A stretch of DNA of 61,725 nt from a virus. Taxonomy: Duplodnaviria > Caudoviricetes. The stretch spans positions 1 to 61,725 of the IMG/VR virus record IMGVR_UViG_3300030376_007782. One strand, written 5' to 3'. The notes beneath the pieces were generated by a model, which saw nothing but the letters and a program-made list of their open reading frames with translations, was not told the DNA's origin and searched no databases. Positions 1-9,230 of the stretch are shown here, piece after piece; position 1 is the first letter of the stretch, and every line of letters starts with the position of its first letter. A program made the translations under genes and the position numbers.

Positions 1-1
1 T

Positions 2-229
2 ATTGAGCTTCCTATTGGCGAAGACATTGCTGCACTCAAAGAAGCTTTTATCGAAGCTCATCCAAAGAGAGTAGACGGAATGTCGATGGGCGGCCTTTCG
101 TCCCTTCCTCCCGGTGCAGGTGTGGCAGGTAAAGCACTAAACCCAGTGCCTGAAGCTAAAGTCGAAAAACCTAAAGAACTTACGGAAGAGCAGAAAGCAG
201 CGATTAAAGCTGCCGGTCTGGAGGTATAG
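2..229 (+). CDS. C-terminal part of a hypothetical protein (possibly ssDNA-binding/recombination), truncated by window edge
   Basis: Open frame IELPIGEDIAALKEAF...AAIKAAGLEV-TAG, followed by hairpins and a terminator; function guessed from context only. Confidence 0.6.
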   Translation: MELPIGEDIAALKEAFIEAHPKRVDGMSMGGLSSLPPGAGVAGKALNPVPEAKVEKPKELTEEQKAAIKAAGLEV

Positions 230-294
230 TTTTCAAGCGGTTGTGTCAGTAGGATGACCATCCGCCTCCTTCTTAAAGGAGGTAGGGGACGATT

Positions 295-330
295 AAAGGC
301 TCAGATCTTGTCACAGACTGAGCCTTTTTT
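295..330 (+). terminator. Rho-independent terminator
   Basis: AAAGGCTCAG / CTGAGCCTTT stem followed by T-run. Confidence 0.75.
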
Positions 331-575
331 CATGCTTCGCGTTTGTCAAAGAGAGTCGACATAGGAGGCAGGTTGTATCCGTTAGCGATACAGTAAGCCA
401 CGAGCTTTCTAAACATCTCAGTTTTCACTAGGTAGTTCGTATGTACAATGTCCACAATCTCGGTTAACTCCTCTTTACCTAGTTTGTTGCATCCATCCAT
501 TACACGTTTATGTTGAAACTCTTGTTCTATCGTCAGATAGCCATGAATCGCTTTGAGAATTTCTTTATCATCCAT
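330..575 (-). CDS. hypothetical protein
   Basis: 81-aa ATG ORF, protein-like helical composition. Confidence 0.6.
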   Translation of the reverse strand: MDDKEILKAIHGYLTIEQEFQHKRVMDGCNKLGKEELTEIVDIVHTNYLVKTEMFRKLVAYCIANGYNLPPMSTLFDKREA

Positions 576-1098
576 GTTCTACAAAATCCCTGAACTGGTC
601 TACGCACCGCTTGCCAACAAAGAAATCGTGACCGGCACAGTGCTGGTAGTTAACGATCAAGAGCAAACTCTGGAGACTCAGATAAAAAAGGAAGGGTGTG
701 ACGTTTACTCCTGCACGTTAAACGATCTAGTCGAGGGTGTTCAAGTAGGCCAACTCCCAAAAATCGACTGGCTCGTGTGTGTGACACAAGGTCTAGGCAG
801 GAAAGCTGAATGGGTTGTAGATGTAGGAATAAAGGTACCCGTTGAAGGTTTTTGTCTTTTAGACAGAATTAGTTTTCTTGAGCCCACGCGCTCGCGAGAA
901 TCGTTACTAAAAGCTCATTCCCTAAGAAATTTGATTGTTCTATCGCCACGTCCTGCGTTCCGTGCGGATAACAAACAAGCAAAAGACTCAGTAACATCTG
1001 CGTGGTTCGTATTCTCCAATAACTCAAAGAACAAAATGAACACAGAAATAGATTTTGCACTAAACTGGCAGCGACCTCAGACTCTACGTAGTGTCTAG
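574..1098 (+). CDS. DNA methyltransferase-like protein with degenerate catalytic motif
   Basis: C-terminal RISFLEPTRSR, LSPRPAFR and DSVTSAWFVF are typical of small phage adenine MTases; the NPP(Y/F) position reads VTQG; start set at ATG 574. Confidence 0.55.
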   Translation: MFYKIPELVYAPLANKEIVTGTVLVVNDQEQTLETQIKKEGCDVYSCTLNDLVEGVQVGQLPKIDWLVCVTQGLGRKAEWVVDVGIKVPVEGFCLLDRISFLEPTRSRESLLKAHSLRNLIVLSPRPAFRADNKQAKDSVTSAWFVFSNNSKNKMNTEIDFALNWQRPQTLRSV

Positions 1099-1399
1099 TG
1101 ATTTCAAACAGCTCTTATCTAAGTTGGTCGACATACAAGTCGAGCAGAGCAATAAACTTGATAAAATAGCTGCACTTCTTCTAAGTAATCAACTGCTAAC
1201 GGAGTGTATCGATCACAACGGTAAGCCTAGAGACGCAGATACAGCAGCAGAAATCGTTTCTGAATCGTTCTCTGCAGGGCTCTGTCTCTTAGGCGAGCTG
1301 GAGAACAGAAATAAGCAATATTTGTATCAGATGCAAGAGTTTTTTCTGGATGACAACGAAAGTTCGATCGGGAATGACGACCTAACTAACCCTTTTTGA
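1091..1399 (+). CDS. hypothetical protein
   Basis: 102-aa ORF overlapping both neighbours, acidic C-terminus. Confidence 0.65.
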   Translation: MSSDFKQLLSKLVDIQVEQSNKLDKIAALLLSNQLLTECIDHNGKPRDADTAAEIVSESFSAGLCLLGELENRNKQYLYQMQEFFLDDNESSIGNDDLTNPF

Positions 1400-2190
1400 G
1401 TAGCTCTGTGAGTGATACACGTGTAACTATTAATGGTCTCAGACATTACGTTTGTGGTGGAGTACCTAAACCTCTACCGAGTGTTACCTCAATCCTGAGC
1501 GCTACACAGTCAGAAGAGCAGCAAAGAAAACTAGCTTACTGGAACAAAATGAATCCAGGGGTAGCTGACTCTGCCGCAACAAGAGGAACATGGATACACA
1601 ATGCGGTAGAAAACCACATCACTGGCTTAAGAGTGGTGCCCCCTAATGACTATTTTCCTTTTTGGGAAGGGATGCCAGAAAGAATAGATGCTCTTCTTGA
1701 AGGAGGAAAAGTACTGTGGTCAGAGCGTCCCTACCAGCAACCACGCTGGAACAAATACGTAGGTGACGACGGAGTAGGACGTATCTTTTATTACGACACT
1801 AAGCGTCAGCAAGGATATGCAGGTTGTTGCGACCTTATCTACGAAGATGCAAACGGTGAGATCATCCTTGCTGACTTCAAGACATCTAACGGTCCTTACG
1901 CTGCGAAGTTCCCACCGAAGGATGCAGACATAGATGTAAAAACGAGAAAAGCTTTAATTTCAGGAGCGTTTAAGGCCAAGAAGACCCGTCTGCAGCTAGC
2001 TGCATACAAACTTGCAGCAGAAGAGTGCCTTGATATAAAGATTGCTAAGACGCAGATAATAGTAACTACTGCTGTAGAACAGTTCAGTACGCAAGTATTT
2101 ACTTTTGGTGAAAAAATGGTGGAGAAAGACGAAAAGAAGTGGATGGAACTAGTCGGGCAATATTATGATATGCAGGCAGCGAGCGTCTAA
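1396..2190 (+). CDS. PD-(D/E)XK exonuclease (phage exonuclease/Cas4-like family)
   Basis: LPSVTSIL, RGTWIHNAVE, YAGCCD, ADFKTS, LQLAAY motifs. Confidence 0.85.
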   Translation: MSSSVSDTRVTINGLRHYVCGGVPKPLPSVTSILSATQSEEQQRKLAYWNKMNPGVADSAATRGTWIHNAVENHITGLRVVPPNDYFPFWEGMPERIDALLEGGKVLWSERPYQQPRWNKYVGDDGVGRIFYYDTKRQQGYAGCCDLIYEDANGEIILADFKTSNGPYAAKFPPKDADIDVKTRKALISGAFKAKKTRLQLAAYKLAAEECLDIKIAKTQIIVTTAVEQFSTQVFTFGEKMVEKDEKKWMELVGQYYDMQAASV

Positions 2191-2224
2191 GCTAGCAAAA
2201 GGCTACGGCTCATCGTTACACCCC

Positions 2225-2253
2225 TTGCGCATATTCCGCATAGGAATCATAAT
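2225..2253 (+). promoter_or_regulatory. sigma70-type promoter of primase gene
   Basis: TTGCGC-N17-CATAAT; spacer contains inverted repeat ATTCC/GGAAT. Confidence 0.55.
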
Positions 2254-2274
2254 ACTAGACCAAGCTGACATCAA

Positions 2275-5016
2275 ATGAATTTCTCATGCTCCATCAACAG
2301 TGTAGTCGCACAGCATGTCGATAGTGAGACAGGTAAGATCCTGCAAGGTGGTAACTTCCAGGCTTTCAATAAAAACTGGCAAGCTCTAGAACTTGACGCA
2401 CAGGAAATATCTGAGTACGTAGCGCTCAAATCTGGTCTCTGCGCGTGGCACCTACAAGAAGGTAAGAGAGAATCCAAAAACACAGGATTAATACAAGCTG
2501 GCCTTATTATTGTTGACATCGATAATCAAGCGGATAAAAAAGGACCTAATGGAGAAAAAATTCAGCAGCAAGAACTTACATATGCTGAAGCTCTGGACCT
2601 TCCTATATGCCAGAAATATCTCAGTTTTGCTTATGACTCACCTTCTGGGAATGAAAATTGGCCCCGATTCAGACTCGTCTTCGGTCTAGAGAAACAAGTT
2701 CGTGATCCTAAGTTTTACCAGTGGTTTTCAAAAAGCATTGGTAAACAAATACCTGGCTCTGACTTTAGAGCTTTTTCGGTTCCTCACCTGTTCTATGGAG
2801 CCCACGGTCCAGAAGGAGTTCTCACCGTTACAGATAAATTTATACCATCTTCTGTTATCGATAAGGCTTATCAAGAGTACTTTGCTTTAGATCTTGGCCA
2901 AGAAGAACAAGACGAGAGTGACGGTTACACAACTCTTTCTCGAAATAATGTCAGCCCTGACGGTCTCGACCTAACGAAACTCTGCTCTCAGTTAGTTAAA
3001 AATGTACTTCAAGGGCAAGAGGTAGACGATCGTAGCGCTACCATGGCTAACGTCTTCAAGGAGCTTATAGGGTGGTGCAACTGGCTTGATATGCATGGTT
3101 TATCAAGCAATGTATCTGGGTTGACAGTTGCGCAAGAAGCGTTCTACAATGTCTATAGTTACCCGCACGACCTAGACGGTAAGTTTCGGCGAATCCTAGA
3201 TTCGATTAGAAGCGCACCAGATCTACTACCAGCAATATCCTTGGCTTCAGAGCTGGGTGTGACTGCTTGCTGGAAGAAAGTAGCTGTCCTCGACCACGCT
3301 CTCTTTGAGAGTCTTGCTCCTCAAAAAGACCAAGAAAAATTGGCACAGAGGCGACCGGGTCCTTCTAATAACATCTTGTCTCTAGACCAATACGTCTTAG
3401 ACAACACAACAACACCACCTATGACAAGCACCAACACCCCAACTCAAAAAATCGATCTACCTGACGCAGGTGGTGACAGAGCAGCGTTTGCTGAGAATGA
3501 CGTTGCAAACGCAATAAGCGACACTTTTGGTCACAACTTTGTCTACGACAGCATCCAAGACCGGTTCTACACCTATGACGAAGAGATGGGTGTGTGGTAC
3601 TCGATGGACGAGCAACACATCAAACAGAAGATTTGCTCTGCTCTCGACACCTTCGTTAGAGCAAGTTTAATTGCCAAATACACTGCTACGACTATCGATT
3701 CAATTTTTAAAATTCTCAAAGGTAAATTCTTGAGGTCTCTAGACAACGGACGTAAGTCCATATGGAGTACGGCTACGGGATATATTCCTTTTCACAACGG
3801 TGTGTATGACACCAAAACAATGAAGTTTCAGGAGGGACTACATAAAGACTTATACATCAGAGCAAAACTAGGTTTTAATTACGACGCTCAAGCTTCGTGC
3901 CCTTCGTTCCTTAATTGGCTTGAGACATCACTGCGTAAAGATCAGTCGGTATTGATTCAGGCTTACGCTCGTGCGCTTCTGACTGGATATACATCAGGCG
4001 AACGCTTCCTTCACTTAGTAGGTCCTGGTGGTACTGGTAAATCAACAATGCAGCAATTGATGATTGCTCTTGCTGGATTTACCTCGACCCACACGTCTTC
4101 CTTGGAGATTATCGAAACCAACAAGTTTGAAACATATAACTTGATGGGCAAAAGACTTCTCTTGCTTACGGATGAGTCGAACTACAACAAGCGAATGGAC
4201 GTTTTGAAAAAACTAACTTCAGCGTCCGACACCCTTCGTGCTGAGCGTAAGTACGGCAAAGAAACCATAAGCTTCAAACCAGAGCTGCTGGTATGTATCG
4301 CGTCTAACGAGCACATCTCTTCAAACGACTCAAGTTCGGGTCTTGAACGTCGTCGCCTTACCATTGTTATGGATAAGGTGGTTCCACCAAGCAGCAGGCG
4401 TCAGCTCCTCGATGTCTACGAAGATCGTATCGAAGGTGAGTTTGTGCCTGAGATGAGCGGAATCGTCTCATGGGCACTATCTATGAGTTTTGACAAAATG
4501 CGTGATGTGCTAGCGAACCCTGTTAAGCATGTCCCATCATTAGCAGTCACGAACCTAGAAGCACTGAAAATCAACAACCCCTATGTCGCTTGGCTTGATG
4601 ACTGCTGTCTGTATTCACCCAACGCAACCACGCCAATTGGTAAGGGTGCGTTCAAAGCTTCAGCTGATGAGCAGGAGAGAGGACTAATAGTCAAGGATTC
4701 CTATGGTGAACTATATGCAAGCTACGTTCAGTACTCACGTGCGTGTCAGTACAGACCTTGTAACAAACCAAATTTCACTGGACGTATAAAAGAGACACTT
4801 CAAAACATCCTTAAACTGCCAGCCTGTGGCAATATAGTGCATAGGAACGGAGGTATGTCCGTTCAAGGTTTACGACTTAAAAAGTATGACTTAACATCTG
4901 ATCGAGCTTCTGTAGGCGACACAAGGCTTCCCACACCTGTGGAGTTTGCTGAAGATCCTGATTTTTCAAAGTGGGACAAAGCATTTAAGAAACATGATTC
5001 AGTTCAAAGCATTTGA
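2275..5016 (+). CDS. DNA primase-helicase (N-terminal primase-like domain + D5/P4-type SF3 helicase)
   Basis: N-term IIVDIDN and SPS...PRFRLVF; IPFHNGVYD; Walker A GPGGTGKST; Walker B LLLTDE; IASNE; RRRL finger. Confidence 0.9.
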   Translation: MNFSCSINSVVAQHVDSETGKILQGGNFQAFNKNWQALELDAQEISEYVALKSGLCAWHLQEGKRESKNTGLIQAGLIIVDIDNQADKKGPNGEKIQQQELTYAEALDLPICQKYLSFAYDSPSGNENWPRFRLVFGLEKQVRDPKFYQWFSKSIGKQIPGSDFRAFSVPHLFYGAHGPEGVLTVTDKFIPSSVIDKAYQEYFALDLGQEEQDESDGYTTLSRNNVSPDGLDLTKLCSQLVKNVLQGQEVDDRSATMANVFKELIGWCNWLDMHGLSSNVSGLTVAQEAFYNVYSYPHDLDGKFRRILDSIRSAPDLLPAISLASELGVTACWKKVAVLDHALFESLAPQKDQEKLAQRRPGPSNNILSLDQYVLDNTTTPPMTSTNTPTQKIDLPDAGGDRAAFAENDVANAISDTFGHNFVYDSIQDRFYTYDEEMGVWYSMDEQHIKQKICSALDTFVRASLIAKYTATTIDSIFKILKGKFLRSLDNGRKSIWSTATGYIPFHNGVYDTKTMKFQEGLHKDLYIRAKLGFNYDAQASCPSFLNWLETSLRKDQSVLIQAYARALLTGYTSGERFLHLVGPGGTGKSTMQQLMIALAGFTSTHTSSLEIIETNKFETYNLMGKRLLLLTDESNYNKRMDVLKKLTSASDTLRAERKYGKETISFKPELLVCIASNEHISSNDSSSGLERRRLTIVMDKVVPPSSRRQLLDVYEDRIEGEFVPEMSGIVSWALSMSFDKMRDVLANPVKHVPSLAVTNLEALKINNPYVAWLDDCCLYSPNATTPIGKGAFKASADEQERGLIVKDSYGELYASYVQYSRACQYRPCNKPNFTGRIKETLQNILKLPACGNIVHRNGGMSVQGLRLKKYDLTSDRASVGDTRLPTPVEFAEDPDFSKWDKAFKKHDSVQSI
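3121..3150 (+). promoter_or_regulatory. internal sigma70-type promoter within primase gene
   Basis: TTGACA-N18-TACAAT, 270 nt upstream of in-frame ATG 3421. Confidence 0.5.
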
Positions 5017-5566
5017 CGCAGCTCTACTTATCGGAGGAGCTGTCGGAGTAGCAACTACCATAGTAAATCCCATGTACTCAGGGGTTTCCCTTGCGTTTAT
5101 GGGTGGTCTCCTTGGAGGAGCTTCTCTTCAAGAGCAGCGTTCTGTTAAGAAGGAAAAAAGTAAAAAGGAAGCCGAGCGTGTGGGGCTCACCTTTGCCACT
5201 CTCTACGACAAAAATCGAGGGTTAGTAGATCCGGTTGAGCTTTCCTTCTTGGCTAACTGCCCTTTGAACCACGCGCATGAGTTTTTGAGCGTCATTGCGG
5301 AAGAGTCAAACGGGCAAAAAGTTGCGACTCAGCAAGGAGTAGGGGTTGTCTTCAACTTTCCTCATTCCATGAATGCTCTGGATGACCTTTCTAAAAATGC
5401 AACTAACTGGGCGCAGGCGCAGAATAAACAGCTGCAGCTGGATTTAGATCAATACAAGAGAGCCCTTCAGATGGTACAAGCTCAACAAGCTGCAACAGCT
5501 ATGCAGGTCAAGCCTCCTGATTTTGAGAAACCCGATCCTTGGAATGGAGTTGCTCCTGGGTTATAG
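4994..5566 (+). CDS. membrane-anchored hypothetical protein
   Basis: Two N-terminal hydrophobic segments, C-terminal coiled coil; start set at ATG 4994. Confidence 0.7.
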   Translation: MIQFKAFDAALLIGGAVGVATTIVNPMYSGVSLAFMGGLLGGASLQEQRSVKKEKSKKEAERVGLTFATLYDKNRGLVDPVELSFLANCPLNHAHEFLSVIAEESNGQKVATQQGVGVVFNFPHSMNALDDLSKNATNWAQAQNKQLQLDLDQYKRALQMVQAQQAATAMQVKPPDFEKPDPWNGVAPGL

Positions 5567-5575
5567 ACTTACTGA

Positions 5576-5743
5576 ATGATCAGAATCCGAATGGCAGGAG
5601 GAGTAAAGCTCCCCGACAAAATGGATCCTCGGTTACTTAAAGCAGCCGAGGAAGCCATTCCTAGTAGCCCTAACGTCACAATATACGAAGGGATTTCCAA
5701 CCGGACAATGCTGGTTCCTCGACTTCCGTCAACGCTTCAGTGA
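5576..5743 (+). CDS. small leaderless protein (55 aa, MIRIRMAGGVKLPDKMDPRLL...), not in ORF track
   Basis: TAGACT -10 box 6 nt before ATG; carries RMAG motif; overlaps thyX 3' end convergently. Confidence 0.5.
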   Translation: MIRIRMAGGVKLPDKMDPRLLKAAEEAIPSSPNVTIYEGISNRTMLVPRLPSTLQ

Positions 5744-6365
5744 TGGTGGGTAGTAGTTTCTTAAGCTGTCTTCCAATTGAAAGAGCAATCTTTCGGTGCT
5801 CCAACTGAGTATCACCCTGCCCACGTAGGCCAACGTAATGGATAAAAGTACGAATCGAGGCAGCCATGTGGAGTTTGCTCGGCGTGTAGAGAGGGAGGAT
5901 ATTTCGAGCACACTCACGGGCAACACCTGCATCGAGCATATCTTCGTACAGATTTCGCGTAGTTACATCTAAAAGTTGAATCTGTTTACGGAACTTTTTT
6001 TGAATCTCGTATGGGATTTCAACAGAGCTGCTTTGGCGATTGGCTGTCGCTTGCTCTCGTAGAGAAAAATCTGTTGGGTCGTTGTCTGCTTCTCGCAATA
6101 CCTCCCACGGGTTAGCGTAACGCTGAGAAAGTTCCTGAAAATTTGCAGTCTTGTGACGCAGAATTTGTGGGGAGATTGCCCTAGTCGTCCAAATCTCAAA
6201 GCTCGCACTAGCTTGCTCGAACACCGACCAGTGTCCATGCTTGATGCAGAAACTAATCAATTTTTTAAACTCAGCTCGGTCAGGGTTCTTGGTCGACACC
6301 CTCGCATGACGAGCAATCACCTCTTCTGGGTTGGGAGTGATCCAATCAAGATTTGCAGTATGCAC
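5676..6365 (-). CDS. thyX: FAD-dependent thymidylate synthase
   Basis: HWSVFE, QILRHKTANFQELSQRY (RHx-x7-S-x-R signature), GVARECARNILP, TQLEHR. Confidence 0.95.
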   Translation of the reverse strand: MHTANLDWITPNPEEVIARHARVSTKNPDRAEFKKLISFCIKHGHWSVFEQASASFEIWTTRAISPQILRHKTANFQELSQRYANPWEVLREADNDPTDFSLREQATANRQSSSVEIPYEIQKKFRKQIQLLDVTTRNLYEDMLDAGVARECARNILPLYTPSKLHMAASIRTFIHYVGLRGQGDTQLEHRKIALSIGRQLKKLLPTITEALTEVEEPALSGWKSLRIL

Positions 6366-6394
6366 TTAGCGCCAAGATAGTGGCACTCAGCTTA

Positions 6395-6553
6395 TCAGCT
6401 GCGGGGAAATGCTTCCTGATATCGAAGTCTTTTTGTGATCTCGCTGGGGTTAGAGACCATTCGGATCACTTCAGAAGGCCCCATGCCAAACTGCATTCCA
6501 GCCATGCGAACACCAGACCCTGGCATTTGCTCACTGCGGATATTGTTACGCAT
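6395..6553 (-). CDS. small hypothetical protein (52 aa, MRNNIRSEQMPGSGVRMAGMQFGMG...), not in ORF track
   Basis: ATG overlaps end of upstream gene; carries RMAG motif. Confidence 0.55.
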   Translation of the reverse strand: MRNNIRSEQMPGSGVRMAGMQFGMGPSEVIRMVSNPSEITKRLRYQEAFPRS

Positions 6554-7064
6554 CTTTCTTACCCTCAACCGCACCTGGCATATACAGATTGTCAGGCATG
6601 TTGTAGTTAATTAGCGGATATGTAGATGTGTTCTGGTCGTTAAAGAAGTTCTGCTTAGGCACAGAAGTTGCCATGGCGACTTGCTGACGCAGAGCAGGAT
6701 TTAAGTTGTTTGCCTCTGCAAGCAAGTACTGTTGATGGCTAAGGTCAGCAGCTTTTCCAGGCATAACCATTTTGCCTGCTTGGTTGTACCCAGCAACGCC
6801 CACGGTCTCTTGGCTTGGCATGATGTTGCCCAACTGGTAGTTAGTAGTCCCTACCGCTGGGCGCTGGTACTTTCCCGTGTCTACCTCGTACTGTGTGATG
6901 ACACGATTGATGTTATCTAAACCTCTCAAGCCGGTGACGGCAGTATTAGAGGAGTGATACATGGCAGGTGAAGAAGGCAACTGCGTAGTTGCAGCATCTT
7001 TACTTCCCAAAGGTGTCATCTTTGGCAGTGGTCCGTTTCCGCCGGGACGTTGTAAATAAGCCAT
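6546..7064 (-). CDS. hypothetical low-complexity protein (possible internal virion protein)
   Basis: 172-aa ORF rich in P/G/N/Q/M. Confidence 0.65.
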   Translation of the reverse strand: MAYLQRPGGNGPLPKMTPLGSKDAATTQLPSSPAMYHSSNTAVTGLRGLDNINRVITQYEVDTGKYQRPAVGTTNYQLGNIMPSQETVGVAGYNQAGKMVMPGKAADLSHQQYLLAEANNLNPALRQQVAMATSVPKQNFFNDQNTSTYPLINYNMPDNLYMPGAVEGKKDA

Positions 7065-7073
7065 GCGTTTACT

Positions 7074-7316
7074 TTAACTCCTTTTAGGTTGTCTTTTGAG
7101 ATTAGTTTTAGCTCCAATTACCCGAAGATTCTCAGAGCTGTTGTCCTCCGCGTTGTAGTTTTTGTGGTCGACATGTTTTCCGTCGTGCTTACGTACTCGA
7201 CCGCTCTTTTGCATATGTCGACGAGCCTTGTTACGCGCAGCACGACGCTTTCTTTGCTTTGCAGTGCCATGATATTCGTCGTATTCACGTCGATAATCGC
7301 GGTCAGATCTACTCAA
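7074..7316 (-). CDS. small basic HNH endonuclease-like protein
   Basis: RDYRREYDEYHG...DGKHVDHKN...NSSENLRV...N. Confidence 0.75.
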   Translation of the reverse strand: MSRSDRDYRREYDEYHGTAKQRKRRAARNKARRHMQKSGRVRKHDGKHVDHKNYNAEDNSSENLRVIGAKTNLKRQPKRS

Positions 7317-7340
7317 AGTGTGACCTTTTACGCTATTTAA

Positions 7341-7535
7341 TTATACTCGGTCAGCAAAGTAAGCTTCCTTGGCTTCACGACCGTAGCCCTCATTCTCTGC
7401 ATCCCACTCCTCCCACAGACCTGTATAAAGACCGTTGGTACGATCACTACGGTCATACAAAAACTGAATGAACTCAGCCTTTTGGTTCTCCAGGTTTATA
7501 TCCCACTCTTTCAAGTAGTCAGCTTCGGTCTTCAT
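7341..7535 (-). CDS. hypothetical protein
   Basis: 64-aa acidic ORF (LYDRSDRTNGLYTGLW). Confidence 0.6.
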   Translation of the reverse strand: MKTEADYLKEWDINLENQKAEFIQFLYDRSDRTNGLYTGLWEEWDAENEGYGREAKEAYFADRV

Positions 7536-7559
7536 GGTGAAAATGTCAGTGGAAGAAGT

Positions 7560-8801
7560 CTAGGAGCGTTCGGCACAAATGCCCCATCCGTCGTGAGCTG
7601 AGGCCACGCTCCATCTCCTTCCAAGTTTGTCTTTGTTATAAAGCTGGTTGCTTCCGTCGGCAGAATTGTAAGTTCCTGTATCCAAATTGAGGGATCCAAA
7701 TGGATCGTGGCAAATGATGTTTTTCCCATCGGGAGTGATTCCTTTTGCCAAAATCCAATGCCCTCCGCCGCTGGGCGAGTCCAACATGCCTCTGTGCAAA
7801 ATGCCAATGGGGACAGGCATATCATCATGCAGCAGGTCCTCAACGTCCGACCACGCAAGGTCTTGCCGGAACTTGGCATCAACTCCGTAGGACGAAAGTG
7901 CTTGAAGCTGGACCCAGGCTTCAGTAGTGTCTCCAATAGAGAAAACAGTTTTGATATAGTCGTCGTCATTGCTGATAACTCCAGGCTTTAAGTAGTTTAA
8001 TAACATCGCACAAGAAGAAGAGTAGCAAGTGCGGTCAGCATCTCTGTAGTTATCTCGCTGCGAGTAGTACTTAACAGCTAGGTCTACACCAGCTCCTTTG
8101 TTGACGGTGACAGTACCATCTGGAACATCGTTAATAATTTTGAAATGCTCTCCCCAGATATACCAATGCTTCTGGTCAGCAGTTAACAGAACTCTCTGAT
8201 GAGAACTTCCCGCAAACATTGTTAGTTCGTTCCACTCCCACGCTGAAGATTTAGGGACAAAAACTTTTTCTTCAGAAAGCAAGGTGGAAGAGTCAGCCAT
8301 TCTCTTCTTTAGCCAGGTGTCTTGCTTGGCATAGATCGACTGACCTAGTTTTGGGTGCTTGTTGACTTTCTCAAGAAAAAGGGTTTTTTCAGCTTCTCTA
8401 CGTTTAACGAGACCAGGAAGAGGCTTGCCATCAGCGCCTTTTACCCAGCGACCAAACTGCTCAGCCACTACCTTCTTATCTTCATTTTCGTTAATAAGAC
8501 GACAAAGAGTTGAGTCCTTGAAAGCAGTACAACCAACGTTGAAAGCGAAGCTAACTAACGCATCGAATTCGTTTTGGTTCAGTTTTACGTTTGTGAAAGT
8601 GCTTATACACTGCTCGAAACTCGCTACATCCTGCCTGAGAAAGGTATCTGCCTCTTCTTCTGTGATGGTCATCCCTAGTTTGACATCGGCTCCGGTGTGA
8701 CCATAACCAACCGTCTCCACAGAGCTAGGGCACAGGTACGCCATAAGACGAAGACCTTCAAACCTCTTGATGAGAGCTAGTCCATTATTAGAGATTCTCA
8801 C
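7560..8801 (-). CDS. endolysin: GH24 lysozyme + C-terminal C39-like cysteine peptidase
   Basis: IKRFEGLRLMAYLCP, TVGYGHT, NQNEFDALVSFAFNVG, LPGLVKRREAE; YYSQRDN...TCYSSSCAM, GGGHW, HDPFG. Confidence 0.9.
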   Translation of the reverse strand: MRISNNGLALIKRFEGLRLMAYLCPSSVETVGYGHTGADVKLGMTITEEEADTFLRQDVASFEQCISTFTNVKLNQNEFDALVSFAFNVGCTAFKDSTLCRLINENEDKKVVAEQFGRWVKGADGKPLPGLVKRREAEKTLFLEKVNKHPKLGQSIYAKQDTWLKKRMADSSTLLSEEKVFVPKSSAWEWNELTMFAGSSHQRVLLTADQKHWYIWGEHFKIINDVPDGTVTVNKGAGVDLAVKYYSQRDNYRDADRTCYSSSCAMLLNYLKPGVISNDDDYIKTVFSIGDTTEAWVQLQALSSYGVDAKFRQDLAWSDVEDLLHDDMPVPIGILHRGMLDSPSGGGHWILAKGITPDGKNIICHDPFGSLNLDTGTYNSADGSNQLYNKDKLGRRWSVASAHDGWGICAERS

Positions 8802-8810
8802 GTAATTACA

Positions 8811-9188
8811 TCAGCGTGATCTTATTTTGACAATCAGTGAATCAAAAAGCAACGCAAACACAGATGCTGCAGTACCCATCAGCAACGACTGAGCAGGATG
8901 GACTGAGTCATGAAAAGTGAGACTAACAAGACCAGATAAGGTGGTGAGAGCAAACACCAAAAATAACGATGTCAGCAGTGTCATCCTGCTAACCAGAAAA
9001 CAAGTTAAAGAAAAGACAATCGTTGCTGGGGCAGCGATCAAATAAGCAGTTTTTATTAAGGGTAGTGAAAGTTTGGTCACACTCCCTTCGGACAAAACCA
9101 AAAGAGAACCTAACCAAATTTCAAAAAAAGTTCGAGGAAACAAATTTATAGCCCGAACCATCCCGTAGGATCTAGACACGGTCACCAA
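8811..9188 (-). CDS. multi-pass membrane protein (holin candidate)
   Basis: About four hydrophobic segments; directly upstream of the endolysin. Confidence 0.45.
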   Translation of the reverse strand: MVTVSRSYGMVRAINLFPRTFFEIWLGSLLVLSEGSVTKLSLPLIKTAYLIAAPATIVFSLTCFLVSRMTLLTSLFLVFALTTLSGLVSLTFHDSVHPAQSLLMGTAASVFALLFDSLIVKIRSR

Positions 9189-9230
9189 AGAAAAGCTAAA
9201 CGTATACTAGCTTGACCTAGTTTTCAAAAT

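Noticed and set aside
1396-2190. Cas4 as part of a CRISPR system
   Set aside because: Generic phage PD-(D/E)XK nuclease in a replication context with no array or other cas genes
7532-7969. 145-aa alternative-frame ORF inside the endolysin (Rz/spanin-like?)
   Set aside because: No lipobox or TM segment; treated as a shadow ORF
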